DNA of 64,000 nt from a virus. Where the stretch lies: positions 10,897 through 74,896 of IMG/VR virus record IMGVR_UViG_3300018026_000007; one strand, written 5' to 3'. Every line of letters starts with the position of its first letter. Within the stretch, counting starts at the first letter, position 1. Below the pieces are notes generated by a model. It was not told where the DNA came from, did no database searches, and saw only the letters and a list, made by a program, of their open reading frames with translations. Made by a program: the position numbers and the translations under genes. This document shows positions 22,838 through 32,479 of the stretch, one piece after another.

Positions 22838-23134
22838 ATGTTACCGTTCGGAGCATGGATACGCAGTGCGTTTTCGGAGTCAGATGGCACGGGGTCTTCG
22901 TCACGAATTCTCTTTGCGTCCGCAATGGGAATCACGCTTGTCCTGATAATCATCATTTGTGGCGTCCATCTTCGCCAGCACGTCGATACCGTGATAACCA
23001 AAGAGACGTTGGACGGCTTTCGCGATTTCGTTGGCATCGCATGGGGTCCGTACGCAGCCAACAAAATAACTACCGTCGCGACCAGCATATTTGGCAACAA
23101 GGGTGGTGCAGGGGATCAGCCGTCAGAGCACTAG
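22838..23134 (+). CDS. Holin-like membrane protein
   Basis: Two hydrophobic segments, 98 aa. Confidence 0.4.
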   Translation: MLPFGAWIRSAFSESDGTGSSSRILFASAMGITLVLIIIICGVHLRQHVDTVITKETLDGFRDFVGIAWGPYAANKITTVATSIFGNKGGAGDQPSEH

Positions 23135-23161
23135 ACGTTTTTTGATGCGGGAGCAGCCGCC

Positions 23162-25069
23162 ATGTTTGTATTACCTGAAAAAGAACAACCCATTTTTGAG
23201 CAGTACTGCAGGTCGGTGGACCTGACCAACTTCCCTAAAAAGTTTGTGAAGTCCTTTGAGGGTTTTGACGAAACGACCAGGCAGAAATGGTATCTCGGGC
23301 GGTATCGGTGTCTGAAGGACCCGCTCTACTTGAGCGGTTATGCCGTTGCCGAAAAAGCGGGAGACGACCATCTGCCTGAGAGTTACAAGCCCATTCTAGG
23401 AATGGATTTTCAGACGGACCCACATGAACTTTTGTTCAAACAGTTTCTGCAGAAACGACCAGGCGAAGGGCTCGTCGTCTCGGACCTAGACACGGTCACC
23501 AAAAAGCGGATGATTCTCTGGCCGCGCGGTATCTTCAAAACGTCCGCCATCATTGTCGATATCGTTCAAACCATTCTGAACTACCCCAATATCCGCATAT
23601 GCTTTCTGACGGGCGGCGATCAACTCGCCAAGCGTCAATTGGCGCGCGTAAAGCGTGTCTTTGAGAGACCATCCGAACTGTTCAAGTGGCTGTTTCCTGA
23701 ATTCTGTCTGAAGAGTGTTCGAAACAAGAAAATCCAGGACGAGAGTAACCCCCGAGCCTGGTCTGATGAACTCTGCAAGATGGGGACGGCTCATGAATTT
23801 ACAGTTCCGTGTCGCACCAACGACACGTTCGCCGAGCCGACCTTTGCAATCTCTACCGCGAAGTCAGTCAAGGCGGGATCGCACTTTGAACTCATCTATA
23901 TCGATGACTTGGTGAACGACCAGAACTATCGCAGCGTCAAAGCCCTTGAAAAATGCTATCAGGATTATCTCGACATCTGCCCTGTGCTCGATCCAGCGGG
24001 CTTCATCGTCATGACGGGAACTCGCTACTCGTTTGGCGACACATATGAGCGGCTTCAAGACCTAGCCAAAGAAGAAGAGAAGTTGATGGGCCAGACGATC
24101 TGGAAATTCTCCATCCGCGATTGCTGGAGTTGGGGCTGCAAAACCTGCGGGCACTCCAGCGTGTATCACGACACCGACAAAAACATTCTCGAACCCCCAT
24201 GCACCAAGGTTGGATGCCCCTGCAGGGGATTTCAATCGAGTGGTTCGAAGGGGGTGTTGTTCCCGCAGACTCGAACTTTCGATAAACGGGTGATCGGGCA
24301 CACTCTGGATTTCTTAGAGGGCGAGCGGATTCGCCTGGGCAACGAATTTTTTGCGAATCAGTATGAAAATAAACCCATCGCGACGGGCGCGCAGACGTTT
24401 GATGAGGTGATGATAGGCGGCCAGACCCTGCACGATCTATCTCAAATCCCGTCCTATCAGCAGTCGTTCACATTCATGGTGGGTGACTTGGCGTATGTGG
24501 GGCAAGATGGACGGGACGACTCCGTGTTGTTCATCTGCAGGAAGTTTCAAGGCCAGATTTTCATCTTCGACTGCGACTTTGGGAACTGGGATGCCGCGCA
24601 AGTGGCCGAACATACGGTCAACAATCTGTTAAAGCATCGCCCTCAGATGATTTATTACGAAAAGTTCAATGGCTGGGAAGCGTACGAGAACATTATCACC
24701 GCCCATGCAGCCACGCGCGGGATCATGAAGCTCCCGATTCAATGGGAGAAGGGGTCGCAGGCTCCGAAGGCGAAGGTGACTCGCATCGGCGCAGTCAAGG
24801 GACCCTTAATTGCAAAGCGATTGTGGTTCTATGCAGGCATGCCAGGTTATTCGCGGCTCTCCGACCAGTTGGTGAAGTGGCCGAAGCTGGGACGCCACGA
24901 TGATTTTGCCGACTGCGCGGGCATGGTAATGGCTGCACCGACAGGATATCAGCTTGAGACGCCGCCCGAAGTGCTTCTGCCGTCGAATTGGTTGCGTAAG
25001 CTCAATCAGTCCGAGCCGATAGACGACTCGTACGGCGACAACGGGTGCGGGACAGGCATAGTTTGCTGA
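23162..25069 (+). CDS. terL: Terminase large subunit
   Basis: WPRGIFKTS Walker A-like, LIYIDD Walker B, TGTRY coupling motif, FANQYEN, GDLA and HDDFAD nuclease acids. Confidence 0.9.
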   Translation: MFVLPEKEQPIFEQYCRSVDLTNFPKKFVKSFEGFDETTRQKWYLGRYRCLKDPLYLSGYAVAEKAGDDHLPESYKPILGMDFQTDPHELLFKQFLQKRPGEGLVVSDLDTVTKKRMILWPRGIFKTSAIIVDIVQTILNYPNIRICFLTGGDQLAKRQLARVKRVFERPSELFKWLFPEFCLKSVRNKKIQDESNPRAWSDELCKMGTAHEFTVPCRTNDTFAEPTFAISTAKSVKAGSHFELIYIDDLVNDQNYRSVKALEKCYQDYLDICPVLDPAGFIVMTGTRYSFGDTYERLQDLAKEEEKLMGQTIWKFSIRDCWSWGCKTCGHSSVYHDTDKNILEPPCTKVGCPCRGFQSSGSKGVLFPQTRTFDKRVIGHTLDFLEGERIRLGNEFFANQYENKPIATGAQTFDEVMIGGQTLHDLSQIPSYQQSFTFMVGDLAYVGQDGRDDSVLFICRKFQGQIFIFDCDFGNWDAAQVAEHTVNNLLKHRPQMIYYEKFNGWEAYENIITAHAATRGIMKLPIQWEKGSQAPKAKVTRIGAVKGPLIAKRLWFYAGMPGYSRLSDQLVKWPKLGRHDDFADCAGMVMAAPTGYQLETPPEVLLPSNWLRKLNQSEPIDDSYGDNGCGTGIVC

Positions 25070-25103
25070 AAATAAGACTTTTCGCTCTTAGATGAGACTA
25101 TTT

Positions 25104-27338
25104 ATGGCTGATACACCGACAACCGAGATTACAGCTACCAGTCATTTCGAAGATAAAGGTCAAATCCGCGTCCAAGACCTGCCTGGAGCCGTGCCATACG
25201 GCGAGACCGCGCTTCCCATTGGTGCTACAGAGGTTGCCTTCCCCGACCAGGGTCGCTCAGACCTGTCGCTGATGAAGGAAGCGAACCTGAATCGCGAAGA
25301 ATCCGAGAATTTTATCGCGACGCGGGGTCTGATCGGGCGTTGGAACATGGCGGAAATCATGTTGCGCGCCTGGGTCGAGCCAATCAAGTGGAAAGGCAGT
25401 GAACAATTCCGCTCTCACTTGGGCGTGCCCTTGGTTGCAGAGCAATTCTACAGCATTCACAGTGTGGTGAACCAAACGCTGTTCGGCGGCTATCAAGTTT
25501 TCAAAATCGACGCCACTTCTGGCACGCCGCTCGAATGCGCGCTGGCTCAACAGGCCATTCTGAACGCGCAATTGAAAACATGCGGGTACAAGGGCGTTTC
25601 CGCGAAGACCGAGTTTCGCGAAATTACCTACGACGGATTGTTTTATGGGTTCGGGGTTGCGCACTACGGCTGGAAGACAGTCAAAAAGAACATCATCAAG
25701 AAAGTTCCCCGCGTTCATACTCAGACGACCAGTGTCAATGGAAACCTGATTCAAATTCCTACTGAGTCAAAGGACGAAGATGATTTTGTCGAAAAGATTG
25801 TCGGCATTTTGGAAATCAATCAACCCATGCTTGAGCATGTGCCGATTCGCAGATTTCGATATGCGCCCGATCTTCGCCGAGGTGATCCGCGATGCTCAGA
25901 GTGGTGCGGTCGGCTCATTTATGTGACAGGATATGACCTGGACGCCCTTCGTAACACCGAAGGCTGGAATATCCCTACCCGCGCTCAACTCGTCGCACTG
26001 ACAACTCCGCAGATGCAGAGCCAGGCGGCAACCAATCCACTGGAGACGCTTGGTTCCAATACTGGCAATCCCGTCTTTCAGCAGACCACGACGCCACAAA
26101 AAGCGTATCCAGAGAATTACACGGAGCGGACAGCGCATGACCCCCTGATGCGCAAATTCGAAGTCTTCGACTATTGGACTGCAGACCGTCATGCGGTTAT
26201 TCTTGGCAAAGAGTACGTGCTGCTGAACGAGACGCACAAATTTGGGCGTCCGCCGTTTCTTGGATTCTGTTTCCGCAATGCGCCCGACTCGGCGCACGGC
26301 TACGGCATCGCATTTTGGCTGACCGATTTCCAGCGCGTCTGCCAGGGCGTCATCAATGCTTTCTTGGATGACATGAACTTGAACTTGATGGGTACCTACA
26401 CGGCTCCTGCGGGCACTACGAACAGTGCGCAGGCGCAGTGGATTTTCCCAGGTAAGGTTTTCAAGACCGATGCCGCAGGTAAGGTTGAGCCGATGACGCG
26501 CAACGCGGTCAATGCTCAAGAGCCGCTCTCGGTAATCGCCCAGATGAAACAATGGGCGGCTTCGATCACAGGGGCGGGGCCGAGTACTCTCGGGGCGGCT
26601 CCTGGTCCGTCTGGCGCGATGCGGACTCCCGCAGGTGCAGAGGCGGTCTCTGGCGGCGAGTCGGTCAAGCTCCAAGACTTGGTGGATGTGATTTCGGAAC
26701 AGATATTCATTCCGTTCATCGAATTCTGTATCGAGCAGAATCAAAAGCTCAAGCCATCTCAAGTACGCGCGATGCTTTCGCAGGCCCTGGGTGATGCATT
26801 CAAGGCCACGCCGCTCGATATTCTTAACGGTTCTTACCGAGTCGATATTTCTGCGGCGACGAAACTCGCGGCGCGGGAAGCACTGAACAAATACATGGGC
26901 GTGCTGCAGACATTCCTGCAATCGCCAGGCACGGTAGAAAATCTTGCCGTCCAGGCCATGAAGCTCGACTACAACGCCATGTTCGAAGCTCTCTACGATT
27001 CCTTCGGCGTGCCGTACAAGGAAAAGATTATCGTGCCGATGAACGACGAAGACAAGGCGCGCATGGCCGCACAGACACAACAGGCCGCCGCGCAGGGCAA
27101 ACTGGCACTGGTGCAGGCGCAAGGTGAAGTGAAGAAAGATGTGGACAACAACCAGGCCGAAAATCGGATGTTGATTGAAACAGGCAAGCACACACTGAAG
27201 ACGCATGGAGCAGACCATCAGGCGAGTATCGACGCGGCGCAGGCGAAAGCCGAAGCCGCGACACCGCAAGCCCAGGGTCTCGACCGAGCCGCGAAGGGTG
27301 CGTTTGCGACGATGGACAAATCAGCTTTCGGGCAGTAA
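25104..27338 (+). CDS. Portal protein
   Basis: Position after TerL, about 745 aa, GRPPF..GYGI, PGKVF, helical C-terminal tail. Confidence 0.8.
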   Translation: MADTPTTEITATSHFEDKGQIRVQDLPGAVPYGETALPIGATEVAFPDQGRSDLSLMKEANLNREESENFIATRGLIGRWNMAEIMLRAWVEPIKWKGSEQFRSHLGVPLVAEQFYSIHSVVNQTLFGGYQVFKIDATSGTPLECALAQQAILNAQLKTCGYKGVSAKTEFREITYDGLFYGFGVAHYGWKTVKKNIIKKVPRVHTQTTSVNGNLIQIPTESKDEDDFVEKIVGILEINQPMLEHVPIRRFRYAPDLRRGDPRCSEWCGRLIYVTGYDLDALRNTEGWNIPTRAQLVALTTPQMQSQAATNPLETLGSNTGNPVFQQTTTPQKAYPENYTERTAHDPLMRKFEVFDYWTADRHAVILGKEYVLLNETHKFGRPPFLGFCFRNAPDSAHGYGIAFWLTDFQRVCQGVINAFLDDMNLNLMGTYTAPAGTTNSAQAQWIFPGKVFKTDAAGKVEPMTRNAVNAQEPLSVIAQMKQWAASITGAGPSTLGAAPGPSGAMRTPAGAEAVSGGESVKLQDLVDVISEQIFIPFIEFCIEQNQKLKPSQVRAMLSQALGDAFKATPLDILNGSYRVDISAATKLAAREALNKYMGVLQTFLQSPGTVENLAVQAMKLDYNAMFEALYDSFGVPYKEKIIVPMNDEDKARMAAQTQQAAAQGKLALVQAQGEVKKDVDNNQAENRMLIETGKHTLKTHGADHQASIDAAQAKAEAATPQAQGLDRAAKGAFATMDKSAFGQ

Positions 27339-27381
27339 TCATGGCCGTGGTAATTAACATGGCCATGGGACGGAGCATAAC

Positions 27382-27804
27382 ATGAGCAGCAATCCCAATC
27401 CCATCATTGAAGGGGGCTCGCCCTTTCAAACAACCACGACCCCAACAATCGAGCGGGCGAACCGCCTGATGGGCCTTCGCGCGCATCCAGGGTTCGCCGA
27501 CCTGGTGCGGATTTCGCAGGAGATGGTGCAAACAGCGGCGGATCAGTGCGCTGATTATCCTGGCTGGGACCCGCTGCAAATCACCGTTCTGAAAGTTCGC
27601 ATGCAAGTCGCGAAAGAGCATCATCAACTTCTGTTGGCCCGAGTTAATATGGCAATCGAAGCGGGAGTCGAAGAAGCCCGCGCGTTCGTTTCATCCCTGC
27701 CCGCCGTCTCCCCCGAAGAAGCCGTTAACAATGGAGACCTGGTTCGCCAAAAAGTGCTGGAACAATTCGAAAACATGGAAATGCGGCCAGCAGGGTCATA
27801 CTAG
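27382..27804 (+). CDS. Hypothetical head-module protein
   Basis: Between portal and scaffold; SD GGAG. Confidence 0.6.
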   Translation: MSSNPNPIIEGGSPFQTTTTPTIERANRLMGLRAHPGFADLVRISQEMVQTAADQCADYPGWDPLQITVLKVRMQVAKEHHQLLLARVNMAIEAGVEEARAFVSSLPAVSPEEAVNNGDLVRQKVLEQFENMEMRPAGSY

Positions 27805-27882
27805 ACCAGTTGCTGAAATCTTATTACAAGTTTTTGACTTTCCTTTCCATTAGTGTAAGTTCACTTTAGGGAGCGTCCAGCA

Positions 27883-28959
27883 ATGAGCACTAATCCAGTT
27901 GTCCTGAATCCCGTAGTCATGAATGACGAGTTGGCGAAGGCTGTCCACGGCGCGCTTGACCCCGAAGATATCAAAGCCGCGATTCTGGCAGAAGCGGCCA
28001 AACAGACCACTGCGGCCACGCAGACGGCGGCTGATACTGCGGCACAAAAAGCGGCGGCGGACAAAGCGGCTGCCGATGCCGTTGTAGCCACGGAGCCTTT
28101 CAAGCGCGTGGAAGTGATCGGCGGACGAGAGTTTACATTCGAAGCCGAGAGCGAGCTTGAACTGGAGCGCGCGGTCAACAACGCTTATAAAGTTGCCTAC
28201 GCGGTTCAGGAGTCTGCGCCAGTGGCTGCAGCGACCCCTGCCGCCCCTGTGGTGCCACAAAAGACTGCAGAAGAAATTGCAGCAGAGCGCGCAGAGTTGG
28301 ACCTGAAGTTTAAGCGCGGAGATATCTCAACAAAAGAATATCTTGAGCAGTCTGGAGCCGTGGCGGATTACTTGGCCAGCCAGGGGATTTCAATCGATAG
28401 GCTAAAGTCCACAGTTGACCAAAACGAAAATACGCAGTATAAACAGTCATGGGAACAAGCCACTGACTCATTTTTGAACAGCACTGCGGGCGCAGATTGG
28501 CCAGGCGGCACAAAGAATCTCAAACTGATCGGCAGAATTATTGCGGCTGATCCGAAATTGGCTGAGGCGGAAGACAAAGTCGCCGCGTTGGCGCAAGCCT
28601 ATAATCAAATGAAAGCGGATGGTACGGTTTTTCCGCCCGAAGACCCCACACTTGTGGATGCAACTCAGACGCCCGCTGCACCCCCCACTCCAGTAGTTGT
28701 GCCTGCAACCCCCGCTCCCGTAGTCGCGGCTCCTGCGGCTCCTGCGCCGCGCGTAGCGGCAACATCGTCTTCTCTCTTCGGAGCAAGTTCAGGCGTAAGC
28801 GCAAATACCGCCGTGCCAGCAGCAACAACCACCAAAGTGGATGTCCCTTCAAATGCAACACCAGAAGAAATTCTCGATGCGTGGAAAAAGGCACAGGTCG
28901 CCGCAGGAAAAAATCCCGACGACGCTTTCAAAGAGACCTTTTCTGCCCGTCGTGCGTAG
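27883..28959 (+). CDS. Probable capsid scaffolding protein
   Basis: Acidic, Ala/Pro-rich, helical, immediately before the capsid gene. Confidence 0.65.
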   Translation: MSTNPVVLNPVVMNDELAKAVHGALDPEDIKAAILAEAAKQTTAATQTAADTAAQKAAADKAAADAVVATEPFKRVEVIGGREFTFEAESELELERAVNNAYKVAYAVQESAPVAAATPAAPVVPQKTAEEIAAERAELDLKFKRGDISTKEYLEQSGAVADYLASQGISIDRLKSTVDQNENTQYKQSWEQATDSFLNSTAGADWPGGTKNLKLIGRIIAADPKLAEAEDKVAALAQAYNQMKADGTVFPPEDPTLVDATQTPAAPPTPVVVPATPAPVVAAPAAPAPRVAATSSSLFGASSGVSANTAVPAATTTKVDVPSNATPEEILDAWKKAQVAAGKNPDDAFKETFSARRA

Positions 28960-29115
28960 GCATTCGAGCGTGCTGGCCACACGCTTTTAGGCGCGTACGG
29001 GGAGTGCAAAGACGCTCCCCACGCAGCCCCTTCCAAAGTTTTTGACTTTCCTTTCCTATAGTGTAGGGACTTGAATTGAGCAGTTAGCCCATACTGGGCA
29101 CAAGGAAATACGACC

Positions 29116-30111
29116 ATGATTTTACCGCCTGGCGTGCAGAGTACGACTCTTGCCGCTTTCCCACAGATCGCATACGACCGAACCGCCATTCTTGAGTGGC
29201 AGTTCAACACTCCGTTCCTGGAAGAGCTTTGCGACTTCCGACCTCTGCCGCGTCGGTCTGGTCGGACGCTCCAGTTCTACGGGCAAACTCCGTATGCTGC
29301 CGCGACCTACGACCTGTCTGAAGGTATCCCAGGGCCGTCACTCCAGTTGAACCAAGTTTTCAGCGATGCATTCGCCGATGAATACGGCGACTGGATCGGC
29401 ATTTCGAACGTCGCACAGCAAATGTTCCTTGCGGACATCACGCTGGACGCGAGTCGCAACCTGTCGTATCGGGGTGCTCTGACGAGCAACCTGATCGCGA
29501 TTAACGGCTTCGAAGCCGCTGCGACCGCTCAGGCTTCCGCCCGCATCGACTTGCTCGACAACGAATTCATGCTTTCCAACACGATTCGGAAGTGCGAGTC
29601 CCAGTTGATGGGCAACGCGGTTCCTGGTCGCGATGGTGGGCTCTATACGTCGGCTCAGCACCCGTACGTTGTGTACGACTTCATGTCGGACAACAGCGCG
29701 GGCTCTGCCGTCGATACGCTGAAGCGATCCGAATCGGGTGCGAATGTCCTGAAGTCGGACATGACGCGCGGCTACACCGTCCTGGAATGGGCGGGCGTCC
29801 GCATCATCCGTACCCAGACCGTGCCGACCTACACCAACTACCCGTCCACGGGCAAGACTGGTTATGCGTCGTACGTTGTGGGCCGCGAAGCCATGATGGC
29901 TTCCGAGTTGCTGGGCCAGCGCGTTCCGCGCAACCCCAGCTTCAAGGTGAACGTCAAGACCTTCGGCGATAACGACATCGACCTCAGCAACCCCATGTTG
30001 CAGACACGAGCAATCGTGAGCTACGACTGGTTCCTGGGAGTCGTTGCCCGTCCGAATACGAACAACACTCCTGGCTTCCGCCGAGTGCGCTGCGAAGTCA
30101 GCGCGGTGTAG
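29116..30111 (+). CDS. Major capsid protein (HK97 fold, N4-gp56-like)
   Basis: PLPRRSGRTLQF, LSEGIP, EYGDWI, HPYVVYD, GVRII; strong codon bias. Confidence 0.85.
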   Translation: MILPPGVQSTTLAAFPQIAYDRTAILEWQFNTPFLEELCDFRPLPRRSGRTLQFYGQTPYAAATYDLSEGIPGPSLQLNQVFSDAFADEYGDWIGISNVAQQMFLADITLDASRNLSYRGALTSNLIAINGFEAAATAQASARIDLLDNEFMLSNTIRKCESQLMGNAVPGRDGGLYTSAQHPYVVYDFMSDNSAGSAVDTLKRSESGANVLKSDMTRGYTVLEWAGVRIIRTQTVPTYTNYPSTGKTGYASYVVGREAMMASELLGQRVPRNPSFKVNVKTFGDNDIDLSNPMLQTRAIVSYDWFLGVVARPNTNNTPGFRRVRCEVSAV

Positions 30112-30209
30112 TCGGGACCTGAAACCAAGATCGGTTTTTGCACGACAAATTCGTAGGTGGGTTGAAATCCCCACCCCGAGATTTTCTTTGAATTGACAGG
30201 AGAACTACC

Positions 30210-30821
30210 GTGTCTAACGCTTCAACCATTCGTCGGCAAGTCGCAGGAACCCAGCAATTGACTCTCGCGTCGTTGCTCGGCTCGACAATTACCACAACGG
30301 AGACCGCGTTCAAGCTGAACGATAACGGTCTGACCTTGACTGGCGGGGGCGTCGTGCCTCTGGCTGCAGGGAACACTGGGCTGTACGCGGGCACTGGCCA
30401 GGTTATTTGGATTCACGCTGCGGGTACGATTACGGGCGGAACCGCCAGTTCTACCTCGCTGATTCTCAAACTGTACGAAGTTCCTGCGTCTTTGCTGCCC
30501 ATCGCCGATACGCTGGCTGGTCAGCAAACCTTCACAAGCTGGAACCTGATTGCCACGTCGGCGCCGGGAGTCCTCAGTTCGGGTGTCACCGCTGGAAACT
30601 TCTCCGTGGACGCTTATGTCCAATTGGACTCGCAGTACAATCTCGACGGTTGGTTCGAATCGCAGGTATTTGCGTCTACGACTGGCGCAAAGACCGCCAT
30701 CACTGCAGTCAAGGGTCTGGTCGGCGAAGCGGATTTGAACTTTGCTCTGACCACCACCTTGGGCGGAACCGAAGCGGGCGTTACCGTCAACCTGAACGAA
30801 TTCGAACTCTCGCTCGTGTAG
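30210..30821 (+). CDS. Putative capsid decoration/minor head protein
   Basis: Follows the capsid gene, AGGAG SD, GTG start, beta-rich. Confidence 0.6.
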   Translation: MSNASTIRRQVAGTQQLTLASLLGSTITTTETAFKLNDNGLTLTGGGVVPLAAGNTGLYAGTGQVIWIHAAGTITGGTASSTSLILKLYEVPASLLPIADTLAGQQTFTSWNLIATSAPGVLSSGVTAGNFSVDAYVQLDSQYNLDGWFESQVFASTTGAKTAITAVKGLVGEADLNFALTTTLGGTEAGVTVNLNEFELSLV

Positions 30822-30853
30822 TCCTGAGCGAGCAACAATTTCTTGACACCTCC

Positions 30854-30892
30854 ACCCCTCAGCACCAGTATGGCACTGAGGGGTTTTCTTTT
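30854..30892 (+). terminator. Rho-independent terminator overlapping a sigma70-type promoter
   Basis: ACCCCTCAG/CTGAGGGGT stem followed by TTTCTTTT; TTGACA(30843)-17-CAGTAT overlaps it. Confidence 0.7.
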
Positions 30893-31093
30893 ATGCTGCC
30901 GCTTGATGATGTCGCGTACGATTCCATCTCAATAGAAGAATGGAAAATGAACACGATGTTTGACAGTTTTCTGGACTTTCGTCCCCTGCCGCGCCGATAC
31001 AAAAGCATCTGGCGCGTGCTGCATGTGGATGGTTTCGAAGCTGGAAAACCCGTCATGTTCAAGACTTTTTCTTCCATAAGTGAACCTGAATGA
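30893..31093 (+). CDS. 66-aa ORF homologous to the capsid N-terminus
   Basis: 17/30 identities to capsid residues 18-47 including DFRPLPRR; GAGGGG SD. Confidence 0.6.
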   Translation: MLPLDDVAYDSISIEEWKMNTMFDSFLDFRPLPRRYKSIWRVLHVDGFEAGKPVMFKTFSSISEPE

Positions 31094-31098
31094 ACAGG

Positions 31099-31175
31099 TG
31101 CGGAGTGGAGCAGTCAGGTAGCTCGTCTGCCTCATAAGCAGAAGGTCGCAGGTTCAAATCCTGCCTCCGCAACCA
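31099..31175 (+). tRNA. tRNA-Met (CAT), initiator-like body
   Basis: Full cloverleaf, loop CTCATAA, encoded CCA. Confidence 0.95.
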
Positions 31176-31177
31176 AA

Positions 31178-31253
31178 GCACGAGTAGCTCAGACGGCAGA
31201 GCGGCTGTTTTGTAAACAGCGGGTCGGTGGTTCGATTCCATCCTCGTGCTCCA
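31178..31253 (+). tRNA. tRNA-Thr (TGT)
   Basis: Full cloverleaf, loop TTTGTAA, encoded CCA. Confidence 0.95.
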
Positions 31254-31271
31254 AATTTGTGATAGGATAGA

Positions 31272-31889
31272 ATGATGTTCAACATGGACCCATCTCGGAC
31301 AAAAATCGGCTACCTAGTTCGCCATGGTGAGTTGAAGAACATGCGGATTTGGGATGGCTGGGGTGACTTTGATTTGTCCGAAGAAGGCAAACGCCAAGCC
31401 GAGAAGGCTGCGCAGTGGCTTTCATTCGAACATTTCGGTCGCGTGGTTTCATCCGATGTGCCGCGCACGATGCACACCGCGCAATATTTGATGGACTCTG
31501 GCTCGGTTGACTGCCAGTACATGGTGTGCGACCCGAACCTGCGACCATGGAACGTGTCGGATTTTACGGGCAAGGAAAAAACGCCCGAGCGGATCGCTGA
31601 ATTCAAGAAGTACATTGATGACCCAACGCTGCCGATCCCTGGCGGCGAGAGTCGCAATCAACTCAAGGATCGCGTGCAAGTCCTGTGGCAGTACTTCATG
31701 GCTCCGTACAAGGGTCTTCCGACCGTGGGATTCATTCACAACTCGGTGCTGAAATCGTTGATGGGAATCGATGACGTGCGAGATGCCGTGTCGCCAGGCG
31801 GGATCGTCGCCGTTTATATGACCGAAAAGGGCGAGATTGAATTTCAAATCGTAATGGGCGAAGTCAATTTTGAAAAGGGAGTTTCGTAA
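31272..31889 (+). CDS. Histidine phosphatase (phosphoglycerate mutase family)
   Basis: LVRHGE, SSD..RTMHTA, PGGES, IHN. Confidence 0.85.
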   Translation: MMFNMDPSRTKIGYLVRHGELKNMRIWDGWGDFDLSEEGKRQAEKAAQWLSFEHFGRVVSSDVPRTMHTAQYLMDSGSVDCQYMVCDPNLRPWNVSDFTGKEKTPERIAEFKKYIDDPTLPIPGGESRNQLKDRVQVLWQYFMAPYKGLPTVGFIHNSVLKSLMGIDDVRDAVSPGGIVAVYMTEKGEIEFQIVMGEVNFEKGVS

Positions 31890-32470
31890 TGGCATCCCCA
31901 ACCCCGCCGCTTACTGACCTCGCCGCGCCGATTCTCGCGGGCGATCCCATTCTGTCCGACGAGAACCGTGCCGACCTGTGGGACACGTTCCACAGTTCCA
32001 AAAGTCCCGAAGAACTTATTCAGCACCTGCAGCCATTGGTAATCCCCGACGATACCAAGAAGCGGCTGTACGACGCCAAAAGGCAATCGATGCCCGTGGT
32101 CGGACCGATAGACAAAGTCACAACCGCCATGCAGCAACTGGCTCAGATAGACCCCAAAATACTGGATGTCGCGGAAGCGCATCCGAATGTCCTGAAGGCA
32201 CTCACCAGCGCGGCTACGACCCCCGAAAAAGGGGCTACAGCGACTTCTGGCGCATCGACACCTGCGGGGAAGGGAAAGACACCAGCCGCTGGCTCTGCGC
32301 CCGCCCCTGTCGCCCTACCGCCAAGACCCGATGGTTTAGAGCACATGCCGCCGATTCCTGAAGGTCATAAGCGCGTCCAAGCCAGCGATGGTGGGATTCA
32401 TGACATCCCCGAAGAGAACTTGCCCAAGGCATTTGAACTGGACCCCCGACTGCATGTAATGAATCCATAG
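31889..32470 (+). CDS. Hypothetical, possibly internal virion protein
   Basis: Directly before the giant polyvalent gene. Confidence 0.55.
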   Translation: MASPTPPLTDLAAPILAGDPILSDENRADLWDTFHSSKSPEELIQHLQPLVIPDDTKKRLYDAKRQSMPVVGPIDKVTTAMQQLAQIDPKILDVAEAHPNVLKALTSAATTPEKGATATSGASTPAGKGKTPAAGSAPAPVALPPRPDGLEHMPPIPEGHKRVQASDGGIHDIPEENLPKAFELDPRLHVMNP

Positions 32471-32479
32471 GGAGCCTTT

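Noticed and set aside
25896-27269. Long minus-strand ORFs (also 49401-50513, 32336-33442, 29338-30174, 61953-62774)
   Set aside because: Antisense shadows of GC-biased + strand genes; no motifs or SDs
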